A DNA stretch of 64,000 nucleotides from contig CP000070.1 of the NCBI GenBank assembly GCA_000002445.1, positions 864,001-928,000 of the forward strand. The letters run 5' to 3'. A program made the position numbers and the translations under genes. The DNA comes from Trypanosoma brucei (Eukaryota). Below, in pieces: positions 43,346 through 52,850 of the stretch. The notes under the pieces were generated by a model. The model was not told the DNA's origin. It ran no database searches and worked only from the letters and a program-made list of their open reading frames with translations. Positions within the stretch are counted from its first letter, which is position 1; the number at the start of each line of letters is the position of its first letter.

Positions 43346-44794
43346 TCAGGAGCCATAACGCATGGACGGCATCCCGTCTCCCCACGACTTGGTGTGCCGT
43401 GGCCAATCCTCATCATCCGTGTTGTTCAATCCCTTTGCATTAATTCTTGGTTCCTTCCGTAGCTCATTTTCAAGTCCTATCTCCCCAAGTGATGCGTACG
43501 GACGCATCCGGCGCTTTGAGCGAGTCTCCATCTTGCGGTAACGCCGTCCGTATTCATCCTGGTCGCCGTGGACGATGGCATTTACTCTGTTCGCATAAAC
43601 CTTTCGGGAAAGCCTCTTGAAGGGTTTATCGGGGACCTCCAAGGATTGTAGCATCTCGGCAATGCTGCCATCCCCGCTTCTGCCACTTAGCTTCTTGTGC
43701 GCACGCTTCTCCTCCGCGCTCATAAGAAAAGTACGTTCTGCCTCTTCCTTGCTTCGCCTCACACGGGCTCGCGCTAGTTCCTCGGGATCCAACGGCCACT
43801 GTCCCTTGGTATCCAGCCCATTTTCCACATGTTGCGCAATGAACGCGATTCGCTGACTATAGTCTACGACGCGAGAGGGCCATAGTTCGAATGCGTCCGG
43901 TTTCCTCAGGGCCAACCGCCTAAGTATTGATGCACGCTTTTGGCGCTTCCGCTGAAGCCAATGAAAGCGTCGTTTGCCTTGCCGCGCATCACGCAACTCA
44001 GCTAACGTAAGTGTTTCTTCCTTTGCTGCCTTGTACTCCTTTGCCTTTTTCAATCGCTCCCACTCACGCCTTCGTCTATCCAATGGCATGCGCCCTAGGG
44101 TAACGCGAAGGGCCTCATCCTTCTCCGTCAAGCCGAGTGAGCCAAACTTTACTCGGTCTCGTATGCTATAAGGGAGTGCATTCACCCACTCAGGAAAATA
44201 CGTATCGTCATCAAGCATGTAAGCATCAAGGCGTAGGGAAGGATACACGCCGTACTCTTCCACCAACCGTGTTTGATGGCGTTCAATAGTTTCTGCTTCA
44301 TTATCCGCGTGGCGCAGTTCCTTGAACAACCGGTGGAACTCCCTCGCACCGACGGGCTGTCCAAATTTATCCATCATGTGGTTTCGACGGTCAACCTCAT
44401 TTTCCATCAATTCCCGCAACGCGGTAGAGCACTTTTCACCGGGTGTGGGCGAGATGAGCGCCTGTTCATCAATTACTCTTGCGATTTCGTTGGCGTTACC
44501 TCCCAGGGGCTTGTCGCATCCAATATGAAGTTCTCTCTCAGTTACGTAGCCACTCTGTATCTTATCCAACTCTTTTCGCTGCTTCTCTTCACGAAGAAGA
44601 ATATCTTGTTTTTTTGCCACCTTGCTGATGGCTGCTATGCTCTTCTTGTTTCGGTATGCATGTGGCTCCGTGAAGGGATCGCCGCGTTCCCGGTCTGTGA
44701 GGAGCCCTTTGTTGAAATTGACACCACCAGACGTTGAGCGACGCCCGAACGGCAGCCGCTTGAAGGACACGTAACGGAGGGACGAATGCCACAT
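43346..44794 (-). CDS. Hypothetical basic (K/R-rich) protein of 482 aa.
   Basis: A long same-strand ORF. Its highly charged composition suggests a nucleic-acid- or ribosome-associated protein. No named motif. Confidence 0.5.
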   Translation of the reverse strand: MWHSSLRYVSFKRLPFGRRSTSGGVNFNKGLLTDRERGDPFTEPHAYRNKKSIAAISKVAKKQDILLREEKQRKELDKIQSGYVTERELHIGCDKPLGGNANEIARVIDEQALISPTPGEKCSTALRELMENEVDRRNHMMDKFGQPVGAREFHRLFKELRHADNEAETIERHQTRLVEEYGVYPSLRLDAYMLDDDTYFPEWVNALPYSIRDRVKFGSLGLTEKDEALRVTLGRMPLDRRRREWERLKKAKEYKAAKEETLTLAELRDARQGKRRFHWLQRKRQKRASILRRLALRKPDAFELWPSRVVDYSQRIAFIAQHVENGLDTKGQWPLDPEELARARVRRSKEEAERTFLMSAEEKRAHKKLSGRSGDGSIAEMLQSLEVPDKPFKRLSRKVYANRVNAIVHGDQDEYGRRYRKMETRSKRRMRPYASLGEIGLENELRKEPRINAKGLNNTDDEDWPRHTKSWGDGMPSMRYGS

Positions 44795-45321
44795 GTACGT
44801 TTCCTTTTCTTCCCATACGTGATTAGAGTTATTTTATTAATGTTGTGTGAATATCGACCACCCCGCCGTAGGCGATAAGAATAATGAGAAGTGAAATGGA
44901 GATAAGGAAAGGAGTACAGCGTGCTCTGCTGAAGCGAATTAGAAAAAAAAATGTTGTCAGTAAGACTTGAGGCGTTACACCGTGGCTTGACGCACCGTTC
45001 ATCCTTTTTTTGTTACGTTCACTTGACTTACGTCGTACGGTAGTGGACCCACTTCAAAACGAAAACTGCATGGATATATCAAACATTCGTTTTTCATAAT
45101 CGCGCGAATATACGCGTGCGTTAACTTCGTTTCCCTTCGACTTCCCTTCGATTCATTAAATCTAATTTATATACTCCCCGAGACGGTAGGAGCCGTTCAC
45201 CGCCTTCCTTTCTTTTCCTCGATACCCCAAAATACTCGTACGCACTTCTCTCCCTGTTTTACGGGCATTACAAATGACCGCATCTCACACTCACACTGAT
45301 ACTCATATATGCCATTCCTTA

Positions 45322-45726
45322 CTAATGCAGAGCTTTCGACCTCTTGTATGACATGGCGCGATAAATGTTGTAGCCGTGTACAGCCGCCAAACACACATTG
45401 ACAGCAGCAAGAGACCGACTGCCAGAGTTTTGCGGCTGAATGAGAAGTGCGTACACAAACCACAACAAACCAGTCGTGCAGAGAGCCGCGCTGGAGTTGA
45501 CGTCAATCTTTTCAACCGGTGGGTTCCCAACAAATATACCGTAGAGCGGAACGATGCTCAGCATCCACTTGAACGAGGGCGCTAGATTATAGACAGAATT
45601 CAGGTAAGCAACCACACCATACTTTTCGTACGATTTGAGGCACTGAAACACCCTTCCATTTCCAACATATTTGTGCAGCGGCTTTGGGAACAACTTGGGG
45701 ATGGCTTGTTTTGTGGTTGCAGACAT
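45322..45726 (-). CDS. Mitochondrial pyruvate carrier (MPC/BRP44 family) subunit.
   Basis: The protein is 134 aa and has two or three transmembrane helices. ALCTTGLLWFVYALLIQPQNSGSRSLAAVNVCLAAVHGYNIYR fits the MPC signature (A-L-x-x-T-G-x-I-W-x-R-Y-S-L-V-I-x-P-K-N ... V-N-x-F). Confidence 0.7.
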   Translation of the reverse strand: MSATTKQAIPKLFPKPLHKYVGNGRVFQCLKSYEKYGVVAYLNSVYNLAPSFKWMLSIVPLYGIFVGNPPVEKIDVNSSAALCTTGLLWFVYALLIQPQNSGSRSLAAVNVCLAAVHGYNIYRAMSYKRSKALH

Positions 45727-46001
45727 GTTTTCTCGTTTGACTCTGCTATTATTTTTCTTCCCCTCTTTCTCCTCCCCCCTTTACACCCCAAAGGACGAGA
45801 ACCGTAGAGGTGAGTGGATTGTTTAAGAGCGGTGAGCGGAAAAAAACAAACACAAGAAATGTCTTCTCCCAAATCATGAAGAAAAAAAAAAGGTGAAAGT
45901 AAAACAATGAAGGGAAGTCGCTTTCCCATTTTCAGGGAAACGATGTTAATAAGTGAAAGCATTTCCAAGTGGCCTCACACTCCGCAAACACACAGGCACA
46001 A

Positions 46002-46050
46002 ATATATATATATATATATATATATGCGCATACATATATATATATCTATA
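46002..46050. repeat. (AT)n-rich microsatellite with interspersed (CATA) motifs.
   Basis: Seen directly in the sequence. Confidence 0.9.
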
Positions 46051-46068
46051 TTTGTATGTATCTGTACT

Positions 46069-48144
46069 TTACAAAATGTCGGCATCCCCCATCTGCTGCA
46101 GAAAGAATCTCCGCTCGAACTCTGCAGTGCATCTCTGTGCCTCTTTGCTCTGATTCAAAAGTTGCTCCCAAATGGCGTTGTTGCTGCCCTGTACAGCGTT
46201 TGCTGAATCCTCTCTCTCGAGTCGCGCTAAGGATGGAATTGTTTTGATACGCCGGTATAGAATCATGTATTGCGGAGAGCACTGAGGTAATATCAGCTGC
46301 ATTGCAAAAAGTGTTCTAACAAGCGGAAGACATTTGGATGGCTCCATCAACGCTATTCGCACGTATGAAAGGGCGGGGGTTTCGATAAGCCGGACCAGGC
46401 GCTCCAGTTGCACGAGTGTGTTAGCCGACATCTCACAGGATCCCATGAAACGGACGAGTTGATAAGCGTGCTCGTAGGCACGGGATAAGAAGCAAAGCGA
46501 AAGCGCCGACACGGTGTTATAGCAAAAACAGTTATATAAGCCTAGAAACGCCTCGCGAGCGCGCGCGTCATCGACGCCCCGGTGGAGGACTTCGCGAAGC
46601 GGGAGGAGCTCCCTTGAGGTTAAGAGCATAGTGTTGAGCGTGATTACGAACTTCTCCACGAAACGCTTATCTTTGTGCGAGGAAACAACGTCAGCAAGCT
46701 TGAGACAGAGCTTTTCACATTGACCCAAGTCCTCCTCTTGATACCGGAGTTGCAATTGCTTTATGATTGTTGGCACTTTTGGAAGTAGCACATCCGCCTT
46801 CGTATGGATCAAGTCCACAAGACGAGCTATGAAGTGGTCAAAATGTACCTCACCTGATATCAGACACAATACTTCAATACACTTGTGCACAACGTGGAGG
46901 GAGCGGTCGCACAGCAGCGCTACGGTTGTATCAAAACTCGCATCGAAGCAACACTCCAGGACGTCTGGAGCCGCGTGCAAGACAAGCACTATCCACTCCA
47001 ATGCGGCGACGCGCACCTCCTCGACACTACGATCCGCGAGCTGTTCCAGTACACCCTTCAGGACGGCTTCGTACGGAATAGCTTTTGTGTCGTCACGTGG
47101 TGCCGCAATGAACTGAGTAATCTTCTGGTTAACCTTCTGAGCCGCAAGGCGTGTCTCAAGATCCTTAGACCCTAATTGTGATAGACACGCTTTTACAACG
47201 CCATCAGTGAGATCCAGAAGCTCCAATGCCCCGACGGTGTGCAGCTCTGATATCCACTCCAGCGCACTTTTCTTTGCCAGAGCCGCATTTGCATCCTGCA
47301 CACATTCACATGCTATGGAAACGAGTTTCGCCACCCGTACGTCCACGTGTCGAGTGAACGCATCTTTTGTCTTACCAAGACATTTTTGGAGCAACGACAA
47401 AGCTTCTGAACCGTTACATGTTCCCGAGAGAAGCAACAGGGGTTTTAGCAGCTGCCATAACTGAATAATAAAGTCATCGCCGGGGAGATTAAGAACGTGG
47501 TAAATCCACTCGAGGCACCATTCGACCACAGCTGAGTGAGTGCTGCCTTCATCGCCTGTCGCGCAACAGAAGGGTACCAGGGTTTCGTTGATGAAGGTCA
47601 CAAAAAGCTCCGTCTTGAATGAAAAGTTATCATTCCCCGTAACGAGCTCACGAATGGCGGACGATACCTCCCTTGCGAGCAATACCACACGTTTATCCCC
47701 CTCGCTTATCCCGCAAGCCACTCCACGAAACGTGCGAAGGAAGCAGAAGTTGAGAAGCTGTTGCTGCAGGTTGCGCACAAGTGCATGAGCAGCCTCAAAA
47801 GCTGCCATCCTCACGGACACATCCACATCTGCAACGCTGTCGAATACAATTGTTGCAAGGTCCTCAACCAGCCTCTGTTCATGATTTCTAGGAGGCAGTG
47901 ACGCTATAATCGCCCTAATCGCAATCATGCCACCCCTACGGTACGTCGGGGAAGTGGTCCGAAGTAAACTTCTTTCAATTTCATGCAATTCCTTCGTGGT
48001 TATTTCATATGCCTCTGTGATAGAGCTACTTCGGAATACCGTTGACACCTTTTGTGAGACTTCCTTTGCACCCTTCTGCCGCAGCTCTACCTTCGCGTCT
48101 ACCAAAAGCTTGAACGACCGCGCGGGGACGAAGGACTCCCCCAT
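46069..48144 (-). CDS. HEAT/ARM-repeat protein, Vac14-like (a putative scaffold of the PI(3,5)P2 Fab1-Fig4 complex).
   Basis: The N-terminus FKLLVDAKVELRQKGAKEVSQKV resembles the Vac14 opening helix. There are repeated D-x-D-x-x-VR-x-A-x-EA HEAT signatures, and a C-terminal region LYRRIKTIPSLARLE that resembles the Vac14 Fig4-binding domain. The assignment is by pattern only. Confidence 0.45.
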   Translation of the reverse strand: MGESFVPARSFKLLVDAKVELRQKGAKEVSQKVSTVFRSSSITEAYEITTKELHEIERSLLRTTSPTYRRGGMIAIRAIIASLPPRNHEQRLVEDLATIVFDSVADVDVSVRMAAFEAAHALVRNLQQQLLNFCFLRTFRGVACGISEGDKRVVLLAREVSSAIRELVTGNDNFSFKTELFVTFINETLVPFCCATGDEGSTHSAVVEWCLEWIYHVLNLPGDDFIIQLWQLLKPLLLLSGTCNGSEALSLLQKCLGKTKDAFTRHVDVRVAKLVSIACECVQDANAALAKKSALEWISELHTVGALELLDLTDGVVKACLSQLGSKDLETRLAAQKVNQKITQFIAAPRDDTKAIPYEAVLKGVLEQLADRSVEEVRVAALEWIVLVLHAAPDVLECCFDASFDTTVALLCDRSLHVVHKCIEVLCLISGEVHFDHFIARLVDLIHTKADVLLPKVPTIIKQLQLRYQEEDLGQCEKLCLKLADVVSSHKDKRFVEKFVITLNTMLLTSRELLPLREVLHRGVDDARAREAFLGLYNCFCYNTVSALSLCFLSRAYEHAYQLVRFMGSCEMSANTLVQLERLVRLIETPALSYVRIALMEPSKCLPLVRTLFAMQLILPQCSPQYMILYRRIKTIPSLARLEREDSANAVQGSNNAIWEQLLNQSKEAQRCTAEFERRFFLQQMGDADIL

Positions 48145-48195
48145 CGTGTGCTTCTAAAAGTGCCTTCGCCAAGTCCCCGTTTAAACAAAAAAGAA

Positions 48196-48242
48196 ATATA
48201 TATATATATATATATAAGATGTCTAATTTCAAGCATGAACGA

Positions 48243-48274
<32 letters not shown>
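48196..48274. repeat. Compound microsatellite: (AT)n at 48196-48216 and (CA)n at 48246-48274.
   Basis: Seen directly in the sequence. Confidence 0.95.
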
Positions 48275-49362
48275 CAAGAACTGTAACAAGAAGCATTAAG
48301 ACATGCACTGGCACGTGGCATCGAGGACGCAGAGGGAAAGTAAAAGGAAAGGAAAAATGATACCGGTAGTGAAAGGGAAAAATAGAATTGCAAACATGTA
48401 CTCGTGCCAACCCGGCCCCCACCTTCCTTTTTCGTTTTAAATATTTGCTCGTGGTTGCACTTCACCATTTAGAGGGCATTAAGGAACGAGACCACGTCGC
48501 CTGTGGTTGAAAAAAGCATCACAACCCGAAACCACAGCTCATCTGACAGCGTTATTAAGGGAGAAAAGTGACACGATCTCTCCCCAACATTACAAACCGA
48601 ACGGGATTGTGATGACTGACACGCAAAACATGGGGGTTCACCTCTACAACGAAAGTCGCACGACCCACCACCAGTACAAACCGATACAACGGTTGCTGCT
48701 TTACATTCATTTTACGAAGACTAGCAACCAGTAGACCACATCACGCACCGCGAAGTTCAGGTAAAATCGTCATACTTTTTAAATACCATAGACAAACACA
48801 GGCACATATATATACAATACCGCCCCAAACTGTCATTGACTGATGCTTTATCCATCCCTTCAGCAGCACAAAGCGTTAAGTCGCTGCCGCAGATATCCGC
48901 TGTAAGCGTTACATTGCTTTCACCACTACGTTTCAGGGACGAGCCGCTCTTAGAGTATATGAGGAGTGGTAGAAAACTATCCAATGGTAATGAGCAAACA
49001 TGGAGTAACATAAACCCAGTGATGGACGCAACAACCACACAGCATATCCAACATGTGGTGCCGAAGGGCAAAAGAAGCGAGCAAAGATAGCAATACATGT
49101 GAAGAGACAAAGGAAAAACTAAGCGCAGACACAAGTATACATGAAGATATGCCCCGTACGTACCACGCGAAAAAGCTCCCTTCCGTCCCTTCTCCTTTTT
49201 TTTTCTTCTTTGTGTAGTGAAAAAAATAATTAAGCGGACCCAAGCCTTTGTAAGGAGGGCTCGTGTGTATTGAGGTGTGTGTGTGTGTGGGGGGGGGAGG
49301 AACGAAAGGAAAGGAAAGCAACAGCGGCACGAACACCCCGCCGCTTTTGTTAGCGCATTAGC

Positions 49363-50196
49363 TCACACACTTTCCTCGTCAGACTTGCCTTTATTTGATA
49401 AACTTCTCACAATGGTTCGTGTAAATGCATCCACAGTATGGGGATCAAGCGAATAGGGAATGGTGTTCCCATCGCCGTAAAGGACTTCTTCTATAAGACC
49501 CCACAGAGACTCTTCTGTTGGTTCAATCACACTCTCATTCAGACGTGCAGCATACTCACTTAGTATAACTCCCGTTACTTTAAGCATGAGCTCCATTGTT
49601 AACATGGGGCCTGCCTTTATCATAGTGGGTTTCATTTCGATTTCCCCTTCCCGTCCTTCATTACCTGCAATATCTGTCTCCAGTGGTGGTAGCTTGGACG
49701 GTTGACTGTTTTCATTCCGTTGATTGTTTGAGTCATGACTTATTGCACATTTATTACCACACACTTCCCTCTTTTCTACAGCTGCTGTGGAGCCGCTACC
49801 GACGTTGGAAGGGCCGCGTTGGGCGAGACGAGGTGTGTGCTGCGATGATGTTGGGCGATCGGGCTCCTCGGAAGATGGCGTTACGGGGGCATGCACCAGC
49901 AAACGGCCATAATTATGTAATACACTTGCTGATTGCCCGTCAAGTGGCACATAGCAGCCCTCTTCTGAACTAAAAAAGAACAAATGAGACCCAAGAAGGG
50001 CCGATGGACCAGCGCCTGCTGATTGTTGCTTCAGTTGGACGAACTGATTTCGAATCTGCTGCAACATGTCCTCCGCAGAAAGGGGATTTCGTACCCTCAG
50101 TTGTACTCGCTGCGGTGCCTGGTCGTGCAAGGAAGAGTGCACCAAAAATTCCATTTTGCCAAAGTCACCACATGCCATTTTGTTGCACTTCCGCAA
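49363..50196 (-). CDS. Hypothetical protein of 277 aa with a Ser/Pro/Gln-rich middle segment.
   Basis: A same-strand ORF with coding-like composition. No recognisable domain. Confidence 0.5.
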   Translation of the reverse strand: MRKCNKMACGDFGKMEFLVHSSLHDQAPQRVQLRVRNPLSAEDMLQQIRNQFVQLKQQSAGAGPSALLGSHLFFFSSEEGCYVPLDGQSASVLHNYGRLLVHAPVTPSSEEPDRPTSSQHTPRLAQRGPSNVGSGSTAAVEKREVCGNKCAISHDSNNQRNENSQPSKLPPLETDIAGNEGREGEIEMKPTMIKAGPMLTMELMLKVTGVILSEYAARLNESVIEPTEESLWGLIEEVLYGDGNTIPYSLDPHTVDAFTRTIVRSLSNKGKSDEESV

Positions 50197-50984
50197 ACCG
50201 GTAGTTTGGTGGGAAGAGCCGCCGTCAGTAGCAAAGAAAAAGAAACAAATGATGATGTGCGGTACTTACTTCTTTTTTGCCGTTGTGGAAAGTAGGAGAG
50301 ACGATGTGTGCACAGAAGAAATATAACATGAAAAGAAAAAAAAAGAGAACGAAGGCAAACAGAATTATGTATGTTACAATTTAACACCTAAAATATCTCA
50401 ACGCTTTTATCATCGCACAACACGACTGGTCCCAGCCTACCGAGCCACTTGTTAAGGGTGCTATGCTGCTTGCTCATACGTAAACCAACTTCAAAAAAAA
50501 ATAAAACAAAATCATCCATCTCCACGATGCACCGGCTCTAAAAGCATCAGGACCCGAAAGCATTTGAACAATTCCCCCCTCTGCAAATTTAACCGAAGCA
50601 CAGCCTTTACGCTCCATTTCAAATGATGGCACGACTCCAAAAGAAAAAGAAGCACCCGCCACTTGCATTCCCCTGCCAATATAACAAAGCTTCATAATTC
50701 GTACTGCACCAATTACCGCCGTTGAGGTAAATCTCCAATATCCTCATTTGCCGCGTTCACGCATTTTGAAGAACCAACAACCAAAACCCATGAAGAATTC
50801 ATATACGCGGATAAGCATGGGTGGAAGAGCAACTAATATATGATACCGTGAACTAACGATAAATAAATCGCACACATATCGTCTCTGCATAAAGGAAGAA
50901 ATGAAATGAAATTTGTACTGAAGATGAAGAATTAAAGCAGATATAAAAACATGAACAGGATCCCAAGCGACCTACACACAAAGG

Positions 50985-51005
50985 CACACACACACACACA
51001 CACAC
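50985..51005. repeat. (CA)10 microsatellite.
   Basis: Seen directly in the sequence. Confidence 0.9.
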
Positions 51006-52663
51006 GCATGTGCAAAAGCACGCGCATATATACACAAATCACTTCCCGTATTGAAGGTTCAGGTGTGAGATGGTATAAATATATGTGGATGCATGCGGAT
51101 TCGTGTGTGAGTCGCGAAGATGAGAGGAAGATCTCAGTTGGCCATCGAAAGAACAAGGCTTAAAAACAAAAAAAAAAGATGGTACTCGTTCCCTTCCCAT
51201 TGGAGTGGTGCGAATGCTTCACCCCTCTACGGTTATACGTACATGTGGTCTCTTCACTATTGTTCCCTCACGACACCTTCATCAGCATTCACCTTCTTCT
51301 TCTTGTCAAATCATATTCTTTTTCTTTCGTTTCATTTCCTTTAAAAATGCTTTATTTTATTTGTGTCAATTCAATTCATTACATATTTTTCTCCTTCTTG
51401 TTCCTGCTTTTTTTTAAATTAATTTTCCCCCTTGCGTTCATCGCTTTTCCAACCTCTCCCCCCACTGAACTAACGACCCAACTTCACATAGACGTGGCAT
51501 GTTGATATAATACGTGGTGGTCGGCGAACAAACAAATAATCACAAGCACAATAATCTTCTTCTTTCCCTAAAAGTCAACAAACAGTAAAGTAAACAAACA
51601 AATAATTATATGATTATATATAATTATATATAGAACCAGAAAGAAGGGAAAGATATAAAATGAAATAGAGGCAGGGGCTTGGGCGACGGGGGATGGGGTG
51701 GGGAAGCTTAAAATAAAAAAACAAATAGAAGAAGAGAAATAAAGAGATAGAAGGGGAGAGGGGGGGGGCAAGCGATGCTAGATACAAGGTACACACCTCT
51801 CACTTCCGTACACACCTTCACTGGCACCGACACCTGTACAAAATAGCAGGAAAGCACATACGGAGCGAGTACGTGGTGTGAACAAAAAAAAAAGAAGAGG
51901 AAAAAGAACAAAACAAAATAAAAACATTAAATACAGCTGAAGAAAGGATACACTGCCCCCTCCCCCCGCCCCCATGCTCCTCGAAAGTGAAAAACAAAAC
52001 AAAACAAAGCGCTGATTCCCACACCTTCACGGGTGAACATATATGTTACTGAAATGAGGAAAAACCAGATTGGGGAATGGGAGGAAGGATATACGTAGAG
52101 GGATTATGTGTCCATTTGTTATGGTTTTGTTGTGTTTCACTTCCCGCTGCGCAGGTAACATAGCCCCCATTTCACCTCCCATCCTTCGTTATTCTTTTAT
52201 TTTTCTTTCCTCTATTTCCTCTCGTTTCTGCCTCCTCGTTTCTTTTCCTTTTGTTTTGCTTTTAACATGACGAAAACAAAGAGAAGAATTAATGTCACCA
52301 TCATTTACCCTGTAGGTCAGCCAAAATCCTCATCTTCCACTACTGTCCACGCACAACCACATACATACGCTTAAACTATGTGTCTTCCTTTCTCCACCTT
52401 TTCCTCTTTTTCTTGGCAAACACTTTCGTTCTGTTTTTTCCCTTTCTTTTGTTTTTTCGTTTTCTTCCTAAAATGTCTTTGGGCTTCGAAGTCAACATAA
52501 CAAATACTTCCTCAATGCGCCTTCTCTTCTCTTTATTTCTTTTTTTGTTTCTTAAAGCATTTATTTTTGTATGGGGCTTTAGTATGATGGCTACGCAATA
52601 CCGCTTCATTAGCTTTATTTTTCTCAAGCATCTTACGCCAGCATCCGGTGAAGACACAGTAAA

Positions 52664-52672
52664 AAAAAAAAG

Positions 52673-52691
<19 letters not shown>
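52664..52691. repeat. (TA)14 microsatellite.
   Basis: Seen directly in the sequence. Confidence 0.95.
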
Positions 52692-52703
<12 letters not shown>

Positions 52704-52850
52704 TCGCGCACATCTGCCATTGCTGTTGAACTCGCGCTCGGTCAAATGTCACTTCCCTTTTCAACAAAGTGCCGGGGCGTGAGGAAGAGGGAATCTCCCA
52801 CATATATTCCTTACCTCTATATACATCCTTTTGAGGTTCAGAAACCCCTT

